A stretch of DNA of 32,000 bases from Oceanospirillum maris DSM 6286 (GTDB lineage Bacteria; Pseudomonadota; Gammaproteobacteria; Pseudomonadales; Halomonadaceae). Location of the stretch: positions 70,280 to 102,279 of the forward strand of contig NZ_AUGW01000012.1 of assembly GCF_000422865.1 (NCBI RefSeq). Direction: 5' to 3'. Positions within the stretch are counted from its first letter, which is position 1, and each line of letters opens with the position of its first letter. Both the position numbers and the translations under genes were made by a program. Below the pieces are notes generated by a model. The model was not told the DNA's origin. It saw only the letters and a program-made list of their open reading frames with translations, and searched no databases. This document shows, piece by piece, positions 8,980 to 16,938 of the stretch.

Positions 8980-10311
8980 TTAACGATTAAACTCCATACG
9001 CTTGCCAATAACCGGCTCCAGCTTACCTTGACGATAAGCGATCTGGCCGTTAACAATGGTTGTGTCGATACGAGACTTAAACATATAGCCTTCGAAAGGC
9101 GACCAGCCGCATTTTGATAAAATCTGATCACGGGTTACGGTCGTATGATCTTGTAAATCGACGAGCACCAAATCAGCCCAGTAACCTTCGCGAATATAAC
9201 CACGGTCTTTTACTTGGAAACGATCCGCTACCGCATGACTAGTTTTACGGACAATCAATTCCAGTGGGAAAGTGCCTCTGTGGTAAAACTCCAGAACAGA
9301 CAACAATGCGTACTGAACCAACGGCAAGCCCGCCGGTGCGCCAAAATAGCTACGCTGTTTTTCTTCCCAGGTATGGGGTGCGTGATCTGTGGCGATAACA
9401 TCAATACGATCATCTAAAACCGCTTGAATAAGGGCTTGCTGATCTTCTGGGCGTTTAATCGCTGGGTTACATTTAATCTGAGAACCAAGGCGGTCATAGT
9501 CTTGATCATTAAAAAATAGATGGTGAATACACACTTCCGCTGTGATTTTTTTGTCTTTCATATCACCGGCAATAAACAGTTCCATCTCTTTTTCAGTGGT
9601 TAAGTGCAGAACATGCAGATTGGTACCGTGTTTCTTAGCCAGATCAATCGCCATAGATGATGATTTATAGCAAGCTTCAGCGGAGCGGATCAGCGGATGG
9701 TATTTAAAAGGCAGATCTTCACCATACTTTTCTTTATAGACCTGCTCATTTTTAGCAATCATCGGCGTATCTTCACAATGGGTCACGACGAGGGTCGGAG
9801 CCTCAGAAAAAATACCGTCCAACACTTTAGGATCATCAACCAGCATATTACCTGTTGAAGCCCCCATAAAGACTTTGATACCGCAGGCTGTTTTAGGATC
9901 AAGAGATTTAATTTGATCAAGGTTGTCGTTACTTGCCCCTAAATAGAAGGCAAAGTTGGCCCGAGAGACTTGAGCGGCACGGATATATTTGTCTTCTAGA
10001 GCCTGATGATTGATCGTCAAAGGATTAACGTTAGGCATTTCCATAAAAGAGGTAATACCACCAGCTACCGCAGCGCTGGATTCAGAATTGATATCACCTT
10101 TATGGGTTAGGCCTGGCTCGCGAAAGTGAACTTGATCATCAATCATACCGGGCATAAGATATTTACCTGCGGCATCAATAACCTCTTCACCATTAGTGGC
10201 CTGTAATCCCACACATATCTCTGCAATACGACCTTCTGCAATACGAACATCTTTCTCTTCAATACGGCCTTCGTTAACAATTTTAGCGTTTACAATCAAT
10301 AGCTTTTGCAT
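8980..10311 (-). CDS. Class-I (long, ~445 aa) dihydroorotase / cyclic amidohydrolase, PyrC-paralog type
   Basis: The amidohydrolase signature DDQVHFREPG carries the HxH-type metal site, and further matches are ...VTHCED..., ...HVLHLTT... and ...ATDHAPH... I trimmed the start to the ATG at 10311 (MQKLLIVNAKI...), which has a GGAG 8 nt upstream. The gene is tightly coupled to znuA downstream. Confidence 0.8.
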   Translation of the reverse strand: MQKLLIVNAKIVNEGRIEEKDVRIAEGRIAEICVGLQATNGEEVIDAAGKYLMPGMIDDQVHFREPGLTHKGDINSESSAAVAGGITSFMEMPNVNPLTINHQALEDKYIRAAQVSRANFAFYLGASNDNLDQIKSLDPKTACGIKVFMGASTGNMLVDDPKVLDGIFSEAPTLVVTHCEDTPMIAKNEQVYKEKYGEDLPFKYHPLIRSAEACYKSSSMAIDLAKKHGTNLHVLHLTTEKEMELFIAGDMKDKKITAEVCIHHLFFNDQDYDRLGSQIKCNPAIKRPEDQQALIQAVLDDRIDVIATDHAPHTWEEKQRSYFGAPAGLPLVQYALLSVLEFYHRGTFPLELIVRKTSHAVADRFQVKDRGYIREGYWADLVLVDLQDHTTVTRDQILSKCGWSPFEGYMFKSRIDTTIVNGQIAYRQGKLEPVIGKRMEFNR

Positions 10312-10364
10312 ACAGGAGCTCCGATAATTCAGACGGGCAGAAACAGAAAACGCCATACAGATTA

Positions 10365-10381
10365 ATGTTACAACATAACAG
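10365..10381. promoter_or_regulatory. Zur-box-like palindrome upstream of the dihydroorotase-like/znuACB cluster
   Basis: ATGTTACAACATAACAG matches the remembered gammaproteobacterial Zur consensus ATGTTATAWTATAACAT at 14 of 17 positions. The inverted arms are TGTTA-N5-TAACA. The site lies 54-70 bp upstream of the ATG at 10311. Confidence 0.6.
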
Positions 10382-10556
10382 GGCTGTCGTCAGGCGATAA
10401 TCTTATAATATATAGAAAAATCACCTCATATTATAACGGATACGGCCTAAAAAGCCGGAATAAAATCGCTTAACTTAATCCATTCTTAATGTTAGCTATG
10501 GCTGTTTAAAGCATACTGCCACCTCTGAGAACAAACTCATAGCATAGGTGTTATCG

Positions 10557-11408
10557 ATGAAAAAAGGATTATTCTTGCTTGCAGCTTCAGTGGTTCTGGC
10601 CGGATGCTTAGGAGAAACAATGGATTCTGAGTCTAATAGCTCTAACAGCTCTAACAGCTCTAACAGCTCTAACAGCTCTAACAGCTCTAACAGCTCTAAC
10701 AGCTCTAACAGCTCTAACAGCTCTAACAGCTCTAACAGCTCTAACAGCTCTGATGATATTAGCCTTAATAAAGCTGGGATCTACACTGGGACTTATCTTA
10801 TTGGTAATGAAACGGGTGAAACACTCATACTGGTTACCAGTGACGCAGATTTTCTTTTAATATCTGATGATTCTGAAATAGCAATTGGTGATGTGGTAGA
10901 GGCAGGCTCTGCGCTTAACATGAGTGGTCGTTATTATTCAGAGGGCGCGGGCTCTGATTGGGGTACAAGAATTGTCGCTAACCTAACCTACAATAATGCC
11001 ACATTGTCTGGGCAGTACTTCGGTTTTAGCGATACAGGTAATTTTTCTTTGGTTCAAGATTCTGTACTGTACAATCGCCCTATTTCTTTATCCTCATTTA
11101 ATGGTAGTTGGCAAGATTCTGATGGCTTAAATTACTCAATAAGTAATGGCATTTTATCGGTGGCCACAGATCCATTAACTGGATGTGCAACAATAGGGGA
11201 TATTGAACTGATTAACCCTAATTATAATGAATTTGAGGTTGATCTGATAACCAGTGATTGTACCGATAGCCGTTTCAATGGGGAATGGGAAGGTTATGGT
11301 TTTTTATCTGATGAAAGCGGCATAAACTCGTCCATCCATTTTAGTGCTCTGCATGAATACAACAGAGCCTATAATCTTACTAAATTGATTAAGCAATCAT
11401 CTTTCTGA
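10557..11408 (+). CDS. Lipoprotein of unknown function with an N-terminal (Ser-Asn-Ser)13 tether
   Basis: The signal peptide and lipobox are MKKGLFLLAASVVLAGC. I prefer the ATG at 10557, which has AGGTG 7 nt upstream, over the GTG at 10548. I recognised no family for the mature domain. Confidence 0.7.
   Translation: MKKGLFLLAASVVLAGCLGETMDSESNSSNSSNSSNSSNSSNSSNSSNSSNSSNSSNSSNSSNSSDDISLNKAGIYTGTYLIGNETGETLILVTSDADFLLISDDSEIAIGDVVEAGSALNMSGRYYSEGAGSDWGTRIVANLTYNNATLSGQYFGFSDTGNFSLVQDSVLYNRPISLSSFNGSWQDSDGLNYSISNGILSVATDPLTGCATIGDIELINPNYNEFEVDLITSDCTDSRFNGEWEGYGFLSDESGINSSIHFSALHEYNRAYNLTKLIKQSSF
10632..10751. repeat. Tandem 9-bp repeat: 13 copies (TCTAATAGC then 12 x TCTAACAGC) plus a partial TCT
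   Basis: Read directly from the sequence. Twelve copies are identical, and the array is in frame. Confidence 0.95.
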
Positions 11409-11496
11409 GGCAATGAAAAAGAGGATTTGCTCAGGACGTTCATTTTGCGTAGATTCATTTTTATGTACAAGATTAACCAAAAAAGGGAAGAGGACA

Positions 11497-12327
11497 ATGT
11501 CCCGCGTTGCTGAATTACTCAACGAGTTAGAATTACAGCTACAAACACTAAAGCGATTACTACTGATTAATCCGCTTATGGCTGACAAATGCCACTATCA
11601 GCAACTCAGTTATGCTGCGCACGATAACAATGAGTTTATCCCTCCATCTATTACCGATCACCTAACGGGCACTCAGGCTCTTTTTGCTACAGCAAATAGT
11701 TTCTATCAAATTTTTCGTTCAGCGGATCAAGAACCTCTTTCGGTTTTTCGAGCTTGCGGCATGACTCCAACAACAAACGAGATTCTTAAGCTAGCGGTCG
11801 CTATTAACAGTCTCAAAGATGAGATTAAAGCTGAAATGATCGCCTTGCCTCGCAGGCAGCGAGATAAGGTTAAAAATCAATATCACGCGGGACTTATACT
11901 CAAACAGGTTTATCGCCATATTCCTATATTTTCTGGATCAGCTTCTGTTGTTTCTGCTAGCTGGGTTATGTCAGGTACCTCAACTAGCTTGATTAGCAAA
12001 CATCGGTTATTAGAGATCTTGGCCAACGTTAAAGCAGGAAGAGCAACGGCAGGACAAACGCACCAGTTTATTCAGCAAGACGTCGATCTAATCCATCAAT
12101 ACCCAGAGAACCATTCTTTTAAAATTCTTCGTGCGACTCGACCACATACTCGATACCGAGTGAAAGACCTGAGTGGAAAATGGCACGATTTACAAGCACA
12201 TTTGCCTTTGCTTGTTGCTGAAGGTAATCCCGTAGAATATAAGTCTCTCGCCGACCCTACTGAAAGCTCACCTTTGAAGTTAGACAGATCAAATGCCATT
12301 ATCCCTTGGGCTGGCGTAGTAGAATAG
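11497..12327 (+). CDS. tus: Tus-like protein (candidate DNA replication terminus site-binding protein)
   Basis: By-eye colinear alignment to E. coli Tus (309 aa). INSLKDEI aligns with INKLKTTF, YHAGLILKQVYRHIPIF with RHLPGLITLNAYRTLTVL, and VSASWVMS with LRFGWANK. YPENHSFKILRATRPHTRYRV aligns with [21 protein letters not shown], and LQAHLPLLVA with VQHACPTPLIAL. I trimmed the start to the ATG at 11497, which has GAGGA upstream. No HMM search was run. Confidence 0.55.
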   Translation: MSRVAELLNELELQLQTLKRLLLINPLMADKCHYQQLSYAAHDNNEFIPPSITDHLTGTQALFATANSFYQIFRSADQEPLSVFRACGMTPTTNEILKLAVAINSLKDEIKAEMIALPRRQRDKVKNQYHAGLILKQVYRHIPIFSGSASVVSASWVMSGTSTSLISKHRLLEILANVKAGRATAGQTHQFIQQDVDLIHQYPENHSFKILRATRPHTRYRVKDLSGKWHDLQAHLPLLVAEGNPVEYKSLADPTESSPLKLDRSNAIIPWAGVVE

Positions 12328-12679
12328 AGGGGAAACGCAGCGTCATAACGCAGTAAACACTCATGTTTTGACGTTTATTTCAGGTTATTTAAAAAATATG
12401 ACCTTAATAAAAATGAACTATATGCACCGCAGCAGGTCTTAGTTTGTTGGCCCCTAAAATCCCTATGAGCGGAAAAAAGGCATCTACGACTAAGGCATAA
12501 CTGTCTTCTAGAAGGTATGTGCATTAACCTCCCGTTTTATAACTGTTTTCTTCTTGGCATAAGTCAATATTAAGACAAGAAGTAACGGTAATCTTAAGTT
12601 CATGTTTATGATTTAGGGTATGCTTCATTGATCTCCCGTTGCTTAAGCTAATGCTTCAATCGGGTCGTTTTTTTATTAC

Positions 12680-14077
12680 ATGGAGGTAGTTGTGTCGCAG
12701 CTATTGATTCGTTACTCCCGAATTCTTGAAATTATTGGCGATATCGTCAAAGTTCATGTTCCTACCTCTGATGCTGGGGCTTCGCAAATCAGCTTCGGTG
12801 ATTTGGCGCTTATTGAAAGCCAAGACGATAGCCAAGATATTCTGCCAAGAACCGCTCAGGTTATTTTATTGAGCGGTGAAGAAGTTTCTCTTCAGGTATT
12901 TTCAGGGACAAAAGGGCTTTCCACACATTCGGTTGTGCGCTTTTTAGGCCGTCCGATGGAGGTTACTTTTTCACCAAATATCTTAGGACGTACCTTTTCT
13001 GGTACAGGCCAGCCCATTGATGGCGGTCCTGCATTAACCGATGAGCCTAAAATTGAGATTGATGGCCCCACGGTAAACCCAGCACGTCGTATTTTAGCAT
13101 CTCGGATGATCCGTACCGATGTGCCCATGATTGATGTTTTTAACTGTTTGGTTGAAAGCCAAAAAATCCCAATTTTCTCAGTAGCTGGTGAACCCTATAA
13201 CCAGTTACTAGCCCAGATTGGCGCACAAGCTGATGCCGATATTATTGTTTTCGGTGGTATTGGTTTGATTTTTGATGATTACCACTTCTTCCGCCGTACC
13301 TTCGAGGAAGCGGGTGCTTCTGCTCGTACGGTGATGTTTGTTCACCAAGGTTCCGATCCAACCGTTGAAGCACTCCTTGTGCCGGATATGGCTCTGGCAG
13401 TGGCGGAGCGTTATGCGGTAAACGAAGGTAAGCGCGTATTGGTGCTGTTAACTGATATGACATCCTATGCCGATGCCTTAAAAGAAGTCGGTATCTCCAT
13501 GGAGCACGTACCTTCTAACCGTGGTTATATTGGTGATTTGTATTCTCAGCTAGCCCGTCGCTATGAAAAAGCCTGTGATTATAAGGGCGCAGGGTCCGTT
13601 ACTATTTTATCCGTAACGACTATGCCAGGGGATGATGTGACTCATCCAGTACCAGATAACACCGGTTATATCACCGAAGGTCAGTTCTATTTACATAATG
13701 GTGTTATCGATCCATTTGGTTCTCTTTCGCGCTTAAAACAGCATGTTATTGGCAAAGTGACCCGTGAGGATCACAGTCAAATCATGAACACCTTAATCCG
13801 CTTTTATGCAGCGGCACAAGATGCGGAACAGAAACAAGCGATGTCCTTTGAGCTAAGTGAATTTGATGAGCGTGTGCTTAAATTTGGCCGTCTATTCCAT
13901 GAAAATTTTATGGATATCAGTATTAGCATGCCGCTTGAAGAAGCGCTAGATACTGGCTGGGCTATTTTGGCGGAGTGCTTCCGCGAGGAAGAGCTGCTGA
14001 TGAAGCAAAATCTCATCGATAAATACTTCCCAAAAGATGAGCAAGCTTCAAAAGACGATTCACCAGAAAACGCCTAA
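12680..14077 (+). CDS. ntpB: V/A-type ATPase subunit B (non-catalytic nucleotide-binding subunit)
   Basis: V-type B signatures are present (...SGTGQPIDGGP..., IPIFSVAGEPYN, LLTDMTSYADALKEV, PSNRGYIGDLYSQLARRYE, TQIPILTMP-like SVTTMPGDDVTHPVPD). The alternative start GTG at 12692 sits 5 nt after a GGAGG and may be the real one. Confidence 0.9.
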   Translation: MEVVVSQLLIRYSRILEIIGDIVKVHVPTSDAGASQISFGDLALIESQDDSQDILPRTAQVILLSGEEVSLQVFSGTKGLSTHSVVRFLGRPMEVTFSPNILGRTFSGTGQPIDGGPALTDEPKIEIDGPTVNPARRILASRMIRTDVPMIDVFNCLVESQKIPIFSVAGEPYNQLLAQIGAQADADIIVFGGIGLIFDDYHFFRRTFEEAGASARTVMFVHQGSDPTVEALLVPDMALAVAERYAVNEGKRVLVLLTDMTSYADALKEVGISMEHVPSNRGYIGDLYSQLARRYEKACDYKGAGSVTILSVTTMPGDDVTHPVPDNTGYITEGQFYLHNGVIDPFGSLSRLKQHVIGKVTREDHSQIMNTLIRFYAAAQDAEQKQAMSFELSEFDERVLKFGRLFHENFMDISISMPLEEALDTGWAILAECFREEELLMKQNLIDKYFPKDEQASKDDSPENA

Positions 14078-14091
14078 CAGGAGTTATAAGC

Positions 14092-14697
14092 GTGGGTAAG
14101 CTGGCACTGAATAAAAGCACCCTGAACAAGGAAGGGCATAAGGTTAAAGCCTACAAGAAATTTGTACCGGCACTTGACCTAAAGCGTAAGCAACTTCTGG
14201 CTGAACGGGCAACCTCAAGGCGAGTGCTTTCTGGTCTTAATGAAACACTTGATGATGTACGCCTTCGCGTTAAAGAACAGTTGCCAATGCTGTCTAACTT
14301 TAAAGGCTCTGTTGATCAGCTAGTTGAAATTGAAGACTTCAGCCTTAAGCAGATCAATCTTGTGGGGCTTAAATTGCCTGAATTGAGTCATTTATCCCTC
14401 AAAGTACACCCTTATTCAACATTAGCCACAGAGCATTGGCTTGACCCTTTGGTGGTGCTACTCAAACAAAGCGTTGAGCTACAGCTGAAGCAGCATATTT
14501 TAAATAAACGCTTAGAGCTGCTCGACGTGGGTTTACGCAAAACAACGCAACGCCTTAACTTGTTTGACAAGGTTCTGATCCCTCAGGCCGAGAAAAACAT
14601 TCGTAAAATCCGTATCGCTCTTTCTGATAGTGAGCGGGCTGGCGTTGTCACCTCTAAAATTGCCAAAAATAAACGGCTGAAGGCAGGTATGGCATGA
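14092..14697 (+). CDS. ntpD: V/A-type ATPase subunit D (central stalk)
   Basis: The N-terminus LALNKSTLNKEGHKVKAYKKFVPALDLKRKQL and the C-terminus LIPQAEKNIRKIRIALSDSERA resemble NtpD/AtpD. The protein is 201 aa. The GTG start follows a CAGGAG. Confidence 0.8.
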   Translation: MGKLALNKSTLNKEGHKVKAYKKFVPALDLKRKQLLAERATSRRVLSGLNETLDDVRLRVKEQLPMLSNFKGSVDQLVEIEDFSLKQINLVGLKLPELSHLSLKVHPYSTLATEHWLDPLVVLLKQSVELQLKQHILNKRLELLDVGLRKTTQRLNLFDKVLIPQAEKNIRKIRIALSDSERAGVVTSKIAKNKRLKAGMA

Positions 14698-16475
14698 GTA
14701 TCCTCCAGCTTAAAAAAGCGTCATTAATCGGACTGAGTCACGATAAAGCTAACACCTTGGATGCGGTTCAAAGTCTTGGTTTACTTCATATCATTCCTCT
14801 GGCTGATGCCAGTTCAAACCGCGTGATTGATACTGAAGATACCAACCCTGAACTGCTCAAGCGCTCGTTACAATATCTGCTCAATAGTCCGCAGAAGCGC
14901 CGACAAGTCACTCGAAGTCATCAGCTTGACCTTGATAAGGTTTTGCATGACATCGACCTTAATCGTCAGAATAGGATTCGTTTAAGTGAGAAACGTGATT
15001 TTCTTGATAAGCGGATCAAAGATTTAGAGCCTTGGGGTGAATTTACCCTACCGGATCTTGCCGATCTGAACCATGAAAAATTGTGGTTCTACCTTGTTCC
15101 TAACTACAAAATGCAGGATGTGGAAGACTCCCATCTGCCGTGGATGGTCGTATATCGTGATAACCGCCATACCTATATTGTTGTTATCGCCGATCATGAG
15201 CCTGACGCTAACATTATGCCCGTGCCACGCACGCATACCGGCTATATTCCGCTAAGCCAGCTGAAAGAACAGCTTGAAGAAGCTGAAATTCAGTTAGAAG
15301 CCGTTGAGGCGGAGCGAGAAGCACTAACCCGTTGGATCTTCCTACTACAACAAAATGTTGCCAGTACGGAAAACCAAGCAGTGCTCGAAGAAGTTTCCGG
15401 CCAAACTCAAAGCTTTAATGAGTTATTTGCGCTACAAGGTTGGATTGCCGTACGTGATACGCCGCAGCTTGAAACATTTGCGGAGCAAAACGGCTTAGTC
15501 TTACTGCTGGAAGACCCTATCGACTCTGAAAGCCCACCAACCTTGCTTGAAAACTCTATGGCTGTCGGCGGTGGACAGGAAGTGGTTAGCTTCTTCCAAA
15601 CACCGAGCTATCGTAGCTGGGATCCATCTCGTGTTGTATTCTTCTCCTTTGTCAGCTTCTTCGCCATCATTATGTCCGATGTTGGTTACTCGCTCTTATT
15701 TGGTGCAGTTCTAGCCTGGTATTGGAAGTCCATGGAACGCACGATAAGCGGGCGACGCTTAAGAGCGATGGGCGTTGCTTTAACCGGTGCAGGTGTACTT
15801 TGGGGTATTTTAGTGGGCAGCTATTTTGGGGCATCGGCCCCCATATCGGCCCTTGGACATTTAAAACTGCTCGATTTAAACGACTTTGACACCATGATGG
15901 CTCTATCCATCAGCATTGGTGCCTTACATTTAATTCTGGGCAACCTAGTGATGGCTTGGGTACGAAGGCGCTCAAATCAAGCACTGTCATCGGTCGGCTG
16001 GGCAATGGCAGTTGCCTCTGCATTAGCCGGTTGGTTAACTGATTTTACATTAGCTCACTGGGTAATATTTGGCTTAAGCCTTGGGTTGGTGTTGCTCTTT
16101 TCGACCCCCGTAAAAGGATTTGGCATTGCTCGACTTATTTCAGGCTTGTTAGCGCTGACCAATATCACCAAGATTTTCGGTGACATTTTAAGTTATCTAC
16201 GTCTTTTCGCCCTAGGCCTTGCTAGCGCCTCGCTTGCGATTACCTTTAACCAACTTGCAGCGGATGTCGGTAATGCGCTACCAGGTATTGGTTTACTGCT
16301 ACACATTTTAATTTTGTTAGCAGGACACTTGCTGAACTTCGTTTTAACCGTTGTCAGCGGTGTGATTCATGGCTTACGTCTAAATCTTATTGAGTTCTAT
16401 AACTGGAGTTTGGCTGACGAAGGCTACCCCTTCCAGCCGTTTTCAAAACAGGAGGTAACACCTTGGATAACCTGA
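14694..16475 (+). CDS. ntpI: V/A-type ATPase subunit I (a-subunit, stator / ion channel)
   Basis: A ~300-aa cytoplasmic coiled N-terminal half is followed by a polytopic C-terminal half. The latter contains the conserved SYLRLFALGLAS motif, which includes the essential Arg. The start overlaps the ntpD stop in an ATGA. Confidence 0.88.
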   Translation: MSILQLKKASLIGLSHDKANTLDAVQSLGLLHIIPLADASSNRVIDTEDTNPELLKRSLQYLLNSPQKRRQVTRSHQLDLDKVLHDIDLNRQNRIRLSEKRDFLDKRIKDLEPWGEFTLPDLADLNHEKLWFYLVPNYKMQDVEDSHLPWMVVYRDNRHTYIVVIADHEPDANIMPVPRTHTGYIPLSQLKEQLEEAEIQLEAVEAEREALTRWIFLLQQNVASTENQAVLEEVSGQTQSFNELFALQGWIAVRDTPQLETFAEQNGLVLLLEDPIDSESPPTLLENSMAVGGGQEVVSFFQTPSYRSWDPSRVVFFSFVSFFAIIMSDVGYSLLFGAVLAWYWKSMERTISGRRLRAMGVALTGAGVLWGILVGSYFGASAPISALGHLKLLDLNDFDTMMALSISIGALHLILGNLVMAWVRRRSNQALSSVGWAMAVASALAGWLTDFTLAHWVIFGLSLGLVLLFSTPVKGFGIARLISGLLALTNITKIFGDILSYLRLFALGLASASLAITFNQLAADVGNALPGIGLLLHILILLAGHLLNFVLTVVSGVIHGLRLNLIEFYNWSLADEGYPFQPFSKQEVTPWIT

Positions 16476-16909
16476 TCTTGGCCCTAGGATGGGCAGGCTT
16501 ATATGGTCCTATGGCACTGGGTGCAATAGGCAGCATGATTGGCTGCTCTTTAGCGGGTCAGGCCGCTGCAGGAGCATTATTGGAAACTGAAACAGGCCAT
16601 GGTCGTTACATTGGTATCTCGGCAATGCCTTCATCCCAGTCTATTTACGGAATCGTGGTGATGTTTGCCCTAAACCGTGAATTAACACTAGGCAATGCAC
16701 CGGGCTTAGCCGCTATTGGTCTACTGTGTGGCTTGGCATTAATGTTTAGTGCTATTTATCAAGGTCGTAGCTGTGCATCAGCCATTAACGTTTCTAAAAT
16801 CCGACCTGAGATTTTTGGTATGTCCCTAGCTCCAGCGGCTATTGTTGAGGGTTTCGCAGTATTTGCCTTTATCTTCGCTCTAGTCATCAGCGCTGGTGTA
16901 CCGGCCTGA
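16463..16909 (+). CDS. ntpK: V/A-type ATPase proteolipid subunit K (duplicated, 4-TM, 16-kDa type)
   Basis: The 148-aa protein has four hydrophobic helices and a single carboxylate, E129, in TM4 (AAIVEGFAVFAF). It is colinear with Enterococcus hirae NtpK. It overlaps ntpI by 13 nt. Confidence 0.85.
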   Translation: MDNLILALGWAGLYGPMALGAIGSMIGCSLAGQAAAGALLETETGHGRYIGISAMPSSQSIYGIVVMFALNRELTLGNAPGLAAIGLLCGLALMFSAIYQGRSCASAINVSKIRPEIFGMSLAPAAIVEGFAVFAFIFALVISAGVPA

Positions 16910-16938
16910 TCATTGACTGACATAGGGAGAAGTACGTT

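Noticed and set aside
10403-10436. A 9-bp perfect inverted repeat, TTATAATAT (10403-10411) / ATATTATAA (10428-10436), considered as a second Zur site or an operator for the lipoprotein gene
   Set aside because: It is pure A/T sequence in an AT-rich promoter region with a 16-nt spacer, and it has a high chance expectation. It may simply contain -10-like hexamers.
10632-10751. Regular short repeats considered as a CRISPR array
   Set aside because: The 9-bp units are contiguous with no spacers, and they lie in frame inside a lipoprotein CDS.
11462-11477. Ter-like sequence TATGTACAAGATTAAC just upstream of the tus-like start, by analogy with TerB upstream of E. coli tus
   Set aside because: Only the first five bases (TATGT) and a few scattered positions match the Ter consensus, and the GTTGTAAC core is absent.
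12555-12571. Sigma-54-like -24 element TGGCAT upstream of the V-ATPase operon
   Set aside because: The -12 position reads AATAT instead of TTGCA/TGC at the required 5-nt spacing, so this is not a credible RpoN promoter.
16673-16683. AACCGTGAATT inside ntpK, identical to the right arm of the 2418-2447 palindrome
   Set aside because: It is a single half-site with no inverted partner nearby, and it lies inside a conserved coding region (codons L-N-R-E-L). It is most likely chance, with an expected frequency of a few percent.
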